Source: an uncultured Chloroflexia bacterium (GTDB lineage: Bacteria; Chloroflexota; Anaerolineae; Anaerolineales; RBG-16-64-43). From it: a stretch of 64,000 nucleotides of DNA. The stretch is taken from positions 70,290 to 134,289 of the forward strand of contig CAVQIA010000006.1 of assembly GCA_963712475.1 (NCBI GenBank), in the 5' to 3' direction. The translations under genes were made by a program, and so were the position numbers. Shown piece by piece: positions 31,323 to 39,666 of this stretch (position 1 is its first letter; each line of letters opens with the position of its first letter). Below the pieces are notes generated by a model. That model did no database searches and was not told where the DNA came from. It was given only the letters and a program-made list of their open reading frames with translations.

Positions 31323-32681
31323 ATGACGCGACCCAATGTGCATGCAGTCCACCGTTCGTGGGATCGCGTGTATCCAATTGTTGAACGAGCCGAAGGGATC
31401 TACCTCTTCGACCGCGAAGGCAAGCGCTACATCGACGGTTCAGGCGGCTCCGCAGTCGTGACTGCCATCGGCCACGGGGTGGACGAGGTTCCGCGGGCGA
31501 TGTACGCCCAAGCTCAGAAGTTCTCCTTCTCCCCGGCGCATGCCTTCACCCATGCGCCGATGCTCGACCTGGCGGACCTAGTGGTTGAGCTCGCGCCGGG
31601 CGAGTTGAAAGGAAACAGCCGGGTGTGGTTCACGTGCACCGGCACCGACGCCACCGATGACGCCGTTCGCCTGGCGCGACAGTACTGGGTGGAGCAAGGC
31701 AAGCCAGGCAAGTATCAAATCATCAGCCGCTGGCAGGCCTTTCATGGCAACTCAATCTCGGGGGCAGGCTATTCAGGATTGGTCGCTCGGCGCAAGATGT
31801 TCCTGCCCATGTTCGTCGAGTCGCCTCATATCCCGCCCGCCTTCTGCTACCACTGCCCGTTCGAGCTGACTTTTCCTTCCTGCAAACTCAAATGCGCACG
31901 ATCGCTCGAGACGGCCATCCGCCAGCAAGGTGCAGAGAACGTGGCCGCCTTCATTGCCGAGCCGGTGGTCGGCGCGTCACTGGGGGCCGTGCCGGCGCCC
32001 GAGGGCTACTTGGAAGCCGTGCGCGAGATATGCGACCGCTACGAGGTCCTGTTCATCGCCGATGAAGTCATGACGGGATGGGGGCGCACGGGCGTGATGT
32101 GGGGAGTAGACCACGCGGGTGTCACCCCCGACATCTTGACCTCGGCCAAGGGGGTCACCTCGGGCTACACGCCGCTGGCGCTGGTCATCGCCCGCGAGGA
32201 ATTGTGGGCGGTTCTCGAGAAGGCGCACTCGCCCTTCCGCGCCGGCCATACCTTCAATGCGAACGCTGTTTCGTGCGCGGGGGCCATGGTTGCCATCCGA
32301 TACCTGGTGGACCACAACTTAGTGCAAAACTCCCACGAGCGCGGCCTGCAGGTTCAGGCTGGGTTGCGTCACCTAATGGAGAAGCACCCCATCGTGGGGG
32401 ATGTACGTGGGCTGGGGCTCATGTTCGGGCTTGAGTATGTGCGCGACCGTGAAACGCATGAACCCTTCCCGCCCGAAATACATGTAAGCGCCCTCATCGA
32501 CCAGGCGGCCATGCGCCTCGGATTGGTGACCTACCCGTGCTCCGGCGCGGTGGAGGGGGCACTGGGCGATATGACGCTCTTCGCACCGCCGCTCGTCATC
32601 ACCGCCGCGGAGGTGGACGAACTGTTGGCAATCCTCGATCGTGCCATCGGCGAGGTCGAAGCGCGCTTGCCCACGCTGTGA
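31323..32681 (+). CDS. Class-III (omega/acetylornithine-type) PLP-dependent aminotransferase
   Basis: The start is residue 31 of ORF 31233..32681 (MTRPNVH), preceded by GCAGGAGG. Typical blocks are present: YIDGSGGSAVVTAIGH, GTDATDDAVRLAR, FIADEVMTGWGRTG, and the PLP lysine context PDILTSAKGVTSGY. Confidence 0.88.
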   Translation: MTRPNVHAVHRSWDRVYPIVERAEGIYLFDREGKRYIDGSGGSAVVTAIGHGVDEVPRAMYAQAQKFSFSPAHAFTHAPMLDLADLVVELAPGELKGNSRVWFTCTGTDATDDAVRLARQYWVEQGKPGKYQIISRWQAFHGNSISGAGYSGLVARRKMFLPMFVESPHIPPAFCYHCPFELTFPSCKLKCARSLETAIRQQGAENVAAFIAEPVVGASLGAVPAPEGYLEAVREICDRYEVLFIADEVMTGWGRTGVMWGVDHAGVTPDILTSAKGVTSGYTPLALVIAREELWAVLEKAHSPFRAGHTFNANAVSCAGAMVAIRYLVDHNLVQNSHERGLQVQAGLRHLMEKHPIVGDVRGLGLMFGLEYVRDRETHEPFPPEIHVSALIDQAAMRLGLVTYPCSGAVEGALGDMTLFAPPLVITAAEVDELLAILDRAIGEVEARLPTL

Positions 32682-32794
32682 CGGCCAAGTCGCGCCGGCA
32701 TGCAACCGTCGCGACGATGTCTGCTGCTGCGTCAGGGGGACCCCCTGACGCCCTTTGCACGACTCATTCATGTCAAGGAAGGGAGCTCCTTAGT

Positions 32795-33646
32795 ATGCAA
32801 ACCGTCCTCAGGGGTAACACGCGTGAAGTGACCCTCGACACGGAGGGTCAGGCCGTGATCGTCGGCGAGCGCATCAACCCCACCGGGCGCAAGAAGCTTG
32901 CGGCGGCGCTGCAGGCGGGCGACCTCGGCCTGGTGCTCGAATTGGCCGCGGCCCAGATGGCGGCCGGAGCCGAGGTGCTCGACGTCAACGTGGGTGTGCC
33001 GGGGCTGGACGATGTTGCCATGTTGCCCAAGGTGGTGAGGATGGTGGCCGAAGCGATGGACGTGCCGATCTGCATCGACACGCCCAACCCGGCGGCGTTG
33101 GCTGCGGCACTCAAGGTGGTTCCCGGCAAGCCACTGGTCAATTCGGTCAACGGGGAAGAGGCTTCCCTGCGCTCGGTGCTGCCACTGGTCAAGGATCGAG
33201 GCGCCGCAGTCATTGGTCTCACCATGGACGACAACGGCATCCCAATGGATGCGGAGTCGCGAGTGAAAGTCGCGGGGAAGATCCTCGAGCGAGCAGCCCA
33301 ATTGGGCATTCCGCCGGAGGACGTGATCATCGATCCGCTTGTCCTGACCGTCGGCGCCGACAGCCATGCAGGCGCAGTGACGCTGGCCACGATCGAACGT
33401 GTGCGCACCGAGTTCGGTGTGAGCATCAATCTGGGCGCCAGCAACGTCTCGTTTGGGCTGCCTGATCGCCACACGATCAACCAGGCCTTTCTGGCGTTAG
33501 CGGTTGGGCGCGGCGCGAATTGTCTCATCACCGATCCGGGCAAACTTTCGAGTATCATCCGCGCCACCGATCTGCTCATGGGCCGTGACGAGTATGCGGC
33601 GCGATACATAGCCAATTACCGGGCGCTACCGAAGGTGACGGTCTAG
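32795..33646 (+). CDS. Pterin-binding methyltransferase (methyltetrahydrofolate:corrinoid methyltransferase, MetH pterin module/AcsE/MtrH-like)
   Basis: 283 aa from the ATG at residue 87 of ORF 32537..33646 (MQTVLRG). Blocks IVGERINPTGRKK, LDVNVG, ICIDTPNP, LVNSVNGEE, IIDPLVLTVG and NLGASNVSFGLP match dihydropteroate-synthase-like pterin-binding barrels. Confidence 0.82.
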   Translation: MQTVLRGNTREVTLDTEGQAVIVGERINPTGRKKLAAALQAGDLGLVLELAAAQMAAGAEVLDVNVGVPGLDDVAMLPKVVRMVAEAMDVPICIDTPNPAALAAALKVVPGKPLVNSVNGEEASLRSVLPLVKDRGAAVIGLTMDDNGIPMDAESRVKVAGKILERAAQLGIPPEDVIIDPLVLTVGADSHAGAVTLATIERVRTEFGVSINLGASNVSFGLPDRHTINQAFLALAVGRGANCLITDPGKLSSIIRATDLLMGRDEYAARYIANYRALPKVTV

Positions 33647-33650
33647 CCCC

Positions 33651-34337
33651 ATGCCGGTTCGTCGCGATTGGACTCTGGCGCTGGATGCAGATCTCGTGTT
33701 GCGCGGGCAGGGGGCCGACCCTGCGGTGATCCGTGGACGCAGCCGGGCCCTCGTCGGGATTGCCGAGGATGCCCTGGCCGCGGCCCGACCGTTGATCGCC
33801 CCGGCTGTCCTCTACCGGCTTGTTGAGGTGGGTGGCCTTCGCCACGAGCGGCTGGCGCTCGAGGGAGGCGCTCACCTTTCCGGCGCGCTGGTGGCGCAGC
33901 ATTTAGGCAGCGCGCAGCGCGTGGCGGTGGCGTTGTGCACGATAGGCCCTGCGCTGGAGGACCTCGCTGCGGATGTCATCCAGGACGATCCGAGCCTGGG
34001 CTTGGCGCTGGATGGGTGCGGTTCGGCCGCCGCGGAGGCGCTTGCCAACAGTGCATGCCGGTACTTCGAGTCGTTGGCTTCCGAGGCCGGCGAGCAGGCA
34101 ACGCTGCCACTCTCTCCTGGGATGATCGGCTGGCCGGTCGAATCCGGCCAGCCAGAATTGCTTGCGCTCCTGGACGCGCAGGAGATCGGGGTTCGCGCGG
34201 CGGCTTCGGGCATGATGCATCCGCGCAAGTCGGTTTCGTTCGTCGTCGGGCTCGGGCCGGATGTCACCGCGGGCGGGCGCGCATGCGACTACTGCAACCT
34301 TCGCGAGACATGCAACTATCAGGATCACTACGCGTGA
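33651..34337 (+). CDS. Stand-alone MetH activation (reactivation/AdoMet-binding) domain-like protein
   Basis: 228 aa. The overall pattern (...LALDGCGSAAAEALANSACRYFE...LSPGMIGWPVESGQPELLALLD...GMMHPRKSVSFVVGLG...) resembles the vitamin-B12-dependent methionine synthase activation domain. It has a C-terminal Cys pair (CDYCNLRETC) and is nearly contiguous with the upstream methyltransferase gene. Confidence 0.65.
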   Translation: MPVRRDWTLALDADLVLRGQGADPAVIRGRSRALVGIAEDALAAARPLIAPAVLYRLVEVGGLRHERLALEGGAHLSGALVAQHLGSAQRVAVALCTIGPALEDLAADVIQDDPSLGLALDGCGSAAAEALANSACRYFESLASEAGEQATLPLSPGMIGWPVESGQPELLALLDAQEIGVRAAASGMMHPRKSVSFVVGLGPDVTAGGRACDYCNLRETCNYQDHYA

Positions 34338-34785
34338 TGCATATCGGACACCACTACTCGAGCCTGTGCGGCTCTCCCCTTTAGCCCGCGACTGCGCGCC
34401 GGAGGCGGTCCATCTCGCGGGAATGCACTCCTTCACAGGCCAGATTGGCTGTGAGACCATTCAGTACAAGTGCCTATTGCTGCGGGCTGCCTGGCTCTCT
34501 ATACTATTGATGTCGGCTCGTTTCGCGTGAGAACAGGTGGCCTTCTCGAAATCCCATCACAATTGAATACGGGTATTTGCGGAGGGGGACACCCATTGTC
34601 GACGGGGCGAGCTCAGAGGGGGCGCCCCGTTGACTGTTTAAGTGGACGTGTGCCTACCTCACGCGGAAATCCGCCCTCGCCCCCCTGCCGGCCAAACAAG
34701 CGCTTCAGGGAGCCTCGGCCAGGACGGCACGGACTTTGCAGCCTCGACCTCTGCCTGAGAGTCTCCAGCTGCCTCGGAGGGTGCC

Positions 34786-34971
34786 GTGTCGTGGGTGGAA
34801 ATTGCGGGATGGGCTGTGGCCTTGCTTGTCGGCCTTTGGCTCTTGCGTCACGTGATCCACTTTGTGGCAAGTTCGATTCGCTGCGTCGGCACGCTGCTGC
34901 TGATCGCACTGGCGCTCGGGCTGCTGGCCGTTCTCGGCCGCTACGTCTTGGGGTGGACCGGGCGAGGGTAG
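34786..34971 (+). CDS. Small two-helix membrane protein (hypothetical)
   Basis: 61 aa with two hydrophobic helices: WVEIAGWAVALLVGLWLL and VGTLLLIALALGLLAVLG. A strong hairpin follows directly. There is no homology support. Confidence 0.35.
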   Translation: MSWVEIAGWAVALLVGLWLLRHVIHFVASSIRCVGTLLLIALALGLLAVLGRYVLGWTGRG

Positions 34972-34999
34972 GTTGCCTTCGCTCTTGACTGCCATTGCA

Positions 35000-35033
35000 C
35001 AACGACCACGTGGCTTAGGCCACGTGGTCGTTG
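35000..35033 (+). terminator. Strong hairpin terminator
   Basis: caacgaccacgtggc-ttag-gccacgtggtcgttg forms a 15-bp perfect stem, followed by ctttccc. It lies about 30 nt after the small ORF stop. Confidence 0.65.
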
Positions 35034-35165
35034 CTTTCCCGGCCGCGTCGGTCGCTCTCGCCGGCTGCGATCGGCATTGTGGAGTCCTGCGGGTGACGGT
35101 ATAGTTGAGGAGGTGCGCGCCGCCTATCCTCGTGACGCCTGGTTGCCGGATCCTCGGAGAGAGGC

Positions 35166-36197
35166 ATGACCGAAAAGGACAGTGTGCTCATCACCGGCGC
35201 CAACGGCGAAGTCGGTCACGGTTTGATTGCGCACCTCAGCCGTGAGGCGCAGGTCTCCATCGTGGCCACCGATATTCAGCCTCTCGACCCCGCGTTGCAG
35301 ACCATCCCCCTGACGTTTGTGCAAGGCGACATCCTCGATCCCTCCCTGCTCAAGATGTTGTTCGCGGGCCACGCCTACCAAACGGTTTTTCATCTCGCCT
35401 CGATTCTCTCCACCAAAGGCGAACGCAGCCCCGAGTTGGCGTTTCGCGTGAATGTGGATGGCACATTCGCTTTGCTGACGCATGCCGTGCAACAGGCGCG
35501 GGAGCAGGAGCGAACGGTGAGATTCATCTACCCCAGTTCGATCGCCGCGTATGGCCTGCCGGATCTGACCACCAAGCGCGCGGCCGGGCAGGTGACCGAG
35601 GAGGCGTGGTGCTTCCCGGCCACGATGTATGGCTGCAACAAAGTAGCCTGCGAGAGCCTGGGTACCTACTTTACCCGGCACTACCGGCGGCTGGATGAAC
35701 CGCGGTCGAGCTTCGGGCTCGATTTTCGTTCGGTGCGGTTTCCGGGATTGATCAGCGCCCAGACGGTGCCAACCGGCGGCACGAGCGACTACGGGCCTGA
35801 GATGCTTCACCATGCCGCCCAAGCCCTGGCCTACGAGTGCTTTGTCCGCGAAGATACCTGCCTGCCGTTCATGGTCATGCCCGATGCGATCCGCGCGCTG
35901 CTGTTGTTGGAGGCCGCTCCGCGCGAGCGGCTTTCGCGCCTGGTCTACAACGTCTCGAGCTTCTCCCTCTCGGCGGGTGACATCTATCGCCTCACGCTGC
36001 AGGCATTCCCCGCGGCGAAAGTGCATTTCGTGCCGGACGTCAAACGCCAGAGCATCGTCGACTCCTGGCCGTGTGATGTAGATGACACGGCCGCCCGCCG
36101 CGATTGGGGCTGGCGGCCGGAGTACGACCGCAGGCGCTCCTTTGACGACTATCTGATTCCAGCCATCCGCGAGCGCTACCGCACCCTCTCGGGCTGA
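35166..36197 (+). CDS. NAD-dependent epimerase/dehydratase family protein, short-chain L-threonine 3-dehydrogenase-like
   Basis: 343 aa with LITGANGEVGHGL (Rossmann), FHLASILSTKGE, PSSIAAYG and TMYGCNKVACE (YxxxK). The GLDFRSVRFPGLISAQTVPTGGTSDY block is characteristic of the SDR-type threonine dehydrogenases as I remember them. Confidence 0.7.
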   Translation: MTEKDSVLITGANGEVGHGLIAHLSREAQVSIVATDIQPLDPALQTIPLTFVQGDILDPSLLKMLFAGHAYQTVFHLASILSTKGERSPELAFRVNVDGTFALLTHAVQQAREQERTVRFIYPSSIAAYGLPDLTTKRAAGQVTEEAWCFPATMYGCNKVACESLGTYFTRHYRRLDEPRSSFGLDFRSVRFPGLISAQTVPTGGTSDYGPEMLHHAAQALAYECFVREDTCLPFMVMPDAIRALLLLEAAPRERLSRLVYNVSSFSLSAGDIYRLTLQAFPAAKVHFVPDVKRQSIVDSWPCDVDDTAARRDWGWRPEYDRRRSFDDYLIPAIRERYRTLSG

Positions 36198-36309
36198 CCT
36201 TCAACGCCAGCGCGCGACGAGGCGTACCGCGTGCGCGACCGGACTGCCCCTTCCCAGCGGACGTTTCGCTCGAAAGCGTGACGACCCGGCGCGTTGCATC
36301 GCTCGCCCC

Positions 36310-37779
36310 GTGAACAAGGAGGAGGACCTCATGGACGCCGACGGCGGACTCCGCATCAATCGCAGAGCCTTCTTTCAATCGCTGGCCATCCTGTTCGTTC
36401 TCATGATCCTGGCCGGCATCCTCACGCGCGTCATCCCCTCTGGGATCTTTGCACGGTCCACGACCGAAGGCCGGGAGTTGATCGTGCCCGGGTCCTTCGA
36501 GTACACGCCGCGACCCGACTATGCCGTTTGGCGCTGGTTCACGGCGCCTTTCGAAGTGCCCTTCGCCGAGGGCGGGTTGACGGTCATCATCATCATCGTG
36601 TTCATCCTGCTGGTGGGTGGCGCGTTTGCCGTTCTGGATAGCAGCGGGATCATCCGCGCGGCGTTGGCCGGGTTGGTGAAGCGCTTTGGCGGTCGCAAGT
36701 ACGTCTTGCTGCTGCTGATCACCCTCTTCTTCATGTTGCTCGGCGCTTTCTTCGGGATCTTCGAGGAGGTCGTTCCGCTCGTGCCGGTCATGGTCGCGCT
36801 GTCGTATTCCCTCGGGTGGGATGCGTTGGTGGGGCTGGGCATGAGCATCCTGGCGACCAACGTGGGCTTCTCGGCCGCGGTGGCCAACCCCTTCACGATC
36901 GGCGTGGCACAAAAGCTGGCCGGGCTGCCCCTCTTCTCGGGTGGCGGGCTGCGTCTGCTGATCTTCATCGTGGTGTATGGCATTCTGGCCGCCTTTCTGG
37001 CGACGTATGCGCGGCGCATCGAGCGCGACCCCAGCGCATCACCGCTGCATGGTCAGGACGAGGCGGAGCGCCGCAGGTATCAACTGCCGTTGGGCGAGAC
37101 GTTCTCCAGCAGCCGGCGAATGGGGAGAGCCATGGCGTGGTTCCTGGGAGCCACGCTGCTCATTCTGGTCGTTCTGATCGCCGGCCCGATCGTCCCGGCA
37201 CTCTCGGATCTCGCGCTGCCGTTGGTGGGCCTCATCTTCCTCATCGGCGGCGTGGGCGCCGGGCTGCTCTCGGGAGCGGGCGGGCGACACGTGTTGGCCG
37301 GCCTGGCACGTGGCATGGTCAACATCCTGCCCGCGGTACCGCTCATCCTGATGGCCGTCTCCGTCAAGCACATCGTCGTGCAGGGCGGCATCATGGATAC
37401 CATCCTGTTCGCCGCATCACGTCCCTTTGCGGCTGCGAGCCCCTTCGTGGCTGCGCTGCTGATCTACGGATTGGCGCTGATCATAGAGTTCTTTGTGGCC
37501 TCCGGCTCGGCCAAGGCTTTCCTGATGATGCCGATCCTGCTGCCGCTGGCGGATCTGATCGGGGTCACGCGCCAGGTCGCGGTGACCGCCTATTGCTTTG
37601 GCGATGGGTTCTCCAACCTCGTTTACCCCACCAACCCAGTCTTGCTGATCTGCCTGGGGCTGACGGTGGTCAGCTTCCCGAAGTGGCTGCGCTGGTCGCT
37701 GGGCTTGTGGCTGTGGATTTTGTTGGCCACGGTCGGGTTTCTCGGGTTGGCAGTGGCCATTGGCTACGGTCCGTTCTAG
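36310..37779 (+). CDS. YfcC/DcuC-like anaerobic C4-dicarboxylate-carrier-superfamily membrane transporter
   Basis: 489 aa and polytopic. The N-terminal pattern (FFQSLAILFVLMILAGILTRVIPSGIF...) and overall size match the YfcC family. The ORF starts at a GTG at 36310, with an alternative ATG at 36331. Confidence 0.7.
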   Translation: MNKEEDLMDADGGLRINRRAFFQSLAILFVLMILAGILTRVIPSGIFARSTTEGRELIVPGSFEYTPRPDYAVWRWFTAPFEVPFAEGGLTVIIIIVFILLVGGAFAVLDSSGIIRAALAGLVKRFGGRKYVLLLLITLFFMLLGAFFGIFEEVVPLVPVMVALSYSLGWDALVGLGMSILATNVGFSAAVANPFTIGVAQKLAGLPLFSGGGLRLLIFIVVYGILAAFLATYARRIERDPSASPLHGQDEAERRRYQLPLGETFSSSRRMGRAMAWFLGATLLILVVLIAGPIVPALSDLALPLVGLIFLIGGVGAGLLSGAGGRHVLAGLARGMVNILPAVPLILMAVSVKHIVVQGGIMDTILFAASRPFAAASPFVAALLIYGLALIIEFFVASGSAKAFLMMPILLPLADLIGVTRQVAVTAYCFGDGFSNLVYPTNPVLLICLGLTVVSFPKWLRWSLGLWLWILLATVGFLGLAVAIGYGPF

Positions 37780-37824
37780 TGCGCGCGAGACCACATGCCG
37801 TGCGGCTCGGTTGCGAGGTGATCG

Positions 37825-38961
37825 ATGCGAAGTGACCGGCCAATTCCGGAAGCCGATGGGAGGCCACGTCTCGACGAGTTCCTCGAGGCCTTCCGGCGCA
37901 AGTGGCCCGGCGCGAGGCTCGAGAGCTATAGGCTCGCCGCCGACGAGGACGTGACGATCCAGGTGCTGTGGGCCGAACCAGATCGGGCCGAACACTGGCT
38001 CGTGCTCACGGGCGGGCTGCACGGCATCGAGGGTTATCTCGGCGCCGAGATGTTGGATCTCTTCGTGCGCGACTTCGCGCCTCGTCTCGAGCCAAGGACA
38101 ACGGGCGTCGTCCTCGTCCATCCAGTGAACCCGTGGGGTATGCGTCATCGGCGCCGGACGAACGCGAGCGGCGTCGACCTCAACCGCAATTTCGTCTGGG
38201 ATTCGACGGGCAGCACCCCCGCCGAGCAATTGTTCGACCGGCGTGTCAACCCCGAGTACACCCACCTCGCCTTCCTCAACCCCATGCGACCGGTGCGCGG
38301 CGTATGGCAGGGCACACTCGAATTCGGGTTGGGGCTGGTAGCGGGGTTGCTGCGCATCGGGCCGCGCCGGCTGAGCCGCGCCACGTTGCTCGGCCAATAT
38401 GTGAATCCGCGAGGCGTGTATTTCGGCGGCCACGAACGTCAAGAGGAGACGCAGCGCGTCGCCGGCATTTTCGAGTCGGCGCTTGCCCGGTCGAGTCGCG
38501 TCGTCGTGCTCGACATGCACAGCGGCTACGGTCCGCGTTATCAGATGAGCGTGGTCGCCTCGTCGCTGGCCGCCGAGCCGGCGTCGGAGACCGCCAGGCG
38601 GATCGGATACCCGCGGGTGGTCAAGGCCACCAGCGAAGAGTTCTACGCCATCAGCGGCGATATGATTGACTACGTTTACCGGCTGCACGACGCGCGCTTT
38701 CCGGACCGGCGTCTGTTCGCGGCCGCATTTGAGTTTGGGACCTTTGGAGAATCCTTCGCTGCCCTGTTGCGCAGCCTGCGCATCAGCATCCTGGAGAATC
38801 AGGCACACAATTGCGGAGCGTCCGACTCGGCGATGCGCTGGATCGAGCGAGAGTGGCGCGAGCTGTACTTCCCGGGCGAGGCGCGTTGGTGGTCGAAGGC
38901 GCGGGCCGATGCGCATCAGGCGTTTGAGGGCATCCTTCGAGCGGAGGGTTTGCTGAGCTGA
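37825..38961 (+). CDS. M14 carboxypeptidase-like / DUF2817-like metallohydrolase
   Basis: 378 aa. GGLHGIEGYLGAEM and VHPVNPWGMRHRRRTNASGVDLNRNF resemble the zinc-binding and substrate blocks of M14/succinylglutamate-desuccinylase-like proteins. Confidence 0.65.
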   Translation: MRSDRPIPEADGRPRLDEFLEAFRRKWPGARLESYRLAADEDVTIQVLWAEPDRAEHWLVLTGGLHGIEGYLGAEMLDLFVRDFAPRLEPRTTGVVLVHPVNPWGMRHRRRTNASGVDLNRNFVWDSTGSTPAEQLFDRRVNPEYTHLAFLNPMRPVRGVWQGTLEFGLGLVAGLLRIGPRRLSRATLLGQYVNPRGVYFGGHERQEETQRVAGIFESALARSSRVVVLDMHSGYGPRYQMSVVASSLAAEPASETARRIGYPRVVKATSEEFYAISGDMIDYVYRLHDARFPDRRLFAAAFEFGTFGESFAALLRSLRISILENQAHNCGASDSAMRWIEREWRELYFPGEARWWSKARADAHQAFEGILRAEGLLS

Positions 38962-38987
38962 GGAGGATGCAACGCGAAGCACTGATG

Positions 38988-39016
38988 ACACGGCGACCTC
39001 GGCAGGGTCGCCGTGT
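38988..39016 (+). terminator. Hairpin after the M14-like gene
   Basis: acacggcgacc-tcggcag-ggtcgccgtgt forms an 11-bp perfect stem about 27 nt after the stop. Confidence 0.55.
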
Positions 39017-39594
39017 GCATTGCGTGCAGGGTGGGTAGACGGTCGATGTGGTTTGGCCGGTTCGTGGCGAGACGCCCCTTGCGTCGAGCGTGATGGCCGG
39101 CCGTCGGGTTTGTGAGACAACGAATCCGCTCCGAATCGCACGACGTCGTGCGCAAATGCGGCCGGCAACTCCCCGGTCCGGCCCTTTGGCCCCTACAACG
39201 ATCTGAGTCGTGCTGTTCCCTGTGCGGCCGGGAGGACCGCGCGAGACGCAGACTGCCGCGGGGCCAGCCGAGCGACGCAAGAGAGTCATCGCCGTCCGTC
39301 GGAATCCGACGGCGTGTCCCTGCGGAGGTGACATTCGTCGTTTGTCTCTTTGGATCACATTCCGTAGAACGACCGTGCGACTCGATGTCGGGGAAGGGCG
39401 GCCGACTTTTCGGCCGTGTCCGTGGCGGGGGGCAGGCCCTCGCGGCAGGGGCCGCAATCAGATCACCCTCGCGGAAGCGAGCTCGAAGCCCGGCGTCGGT
39501 TGCATGCGACGTTCGGCGTAGGACGGACCGCCAGGTTTGTCATGGAAGCTGCGCTGCGGATGATCCTCTGCACCCCCAAGGCCGCGGCCCCTGC

Positions 39595-39624
39595 TTGCTT
39601 TGTCTGTCCAGAATGGCATATACT
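39595..39624 (+). promoter_or_regulatory. Candidate promoter of the catabolic island
   Basis: TTGCTT at 39595-39600, an 18-nt spacer, then TATACT at 39619-39624, about 40 nt upstream of the ATG at 39667. That ATG has an AAGGAGAA ribosome-binding site. Confidence 0.35.
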
Positions 39625-39666
39625 CAAGCATCCCCAATCGATCTCGTCCAGAAGGAGAACCCAGCC

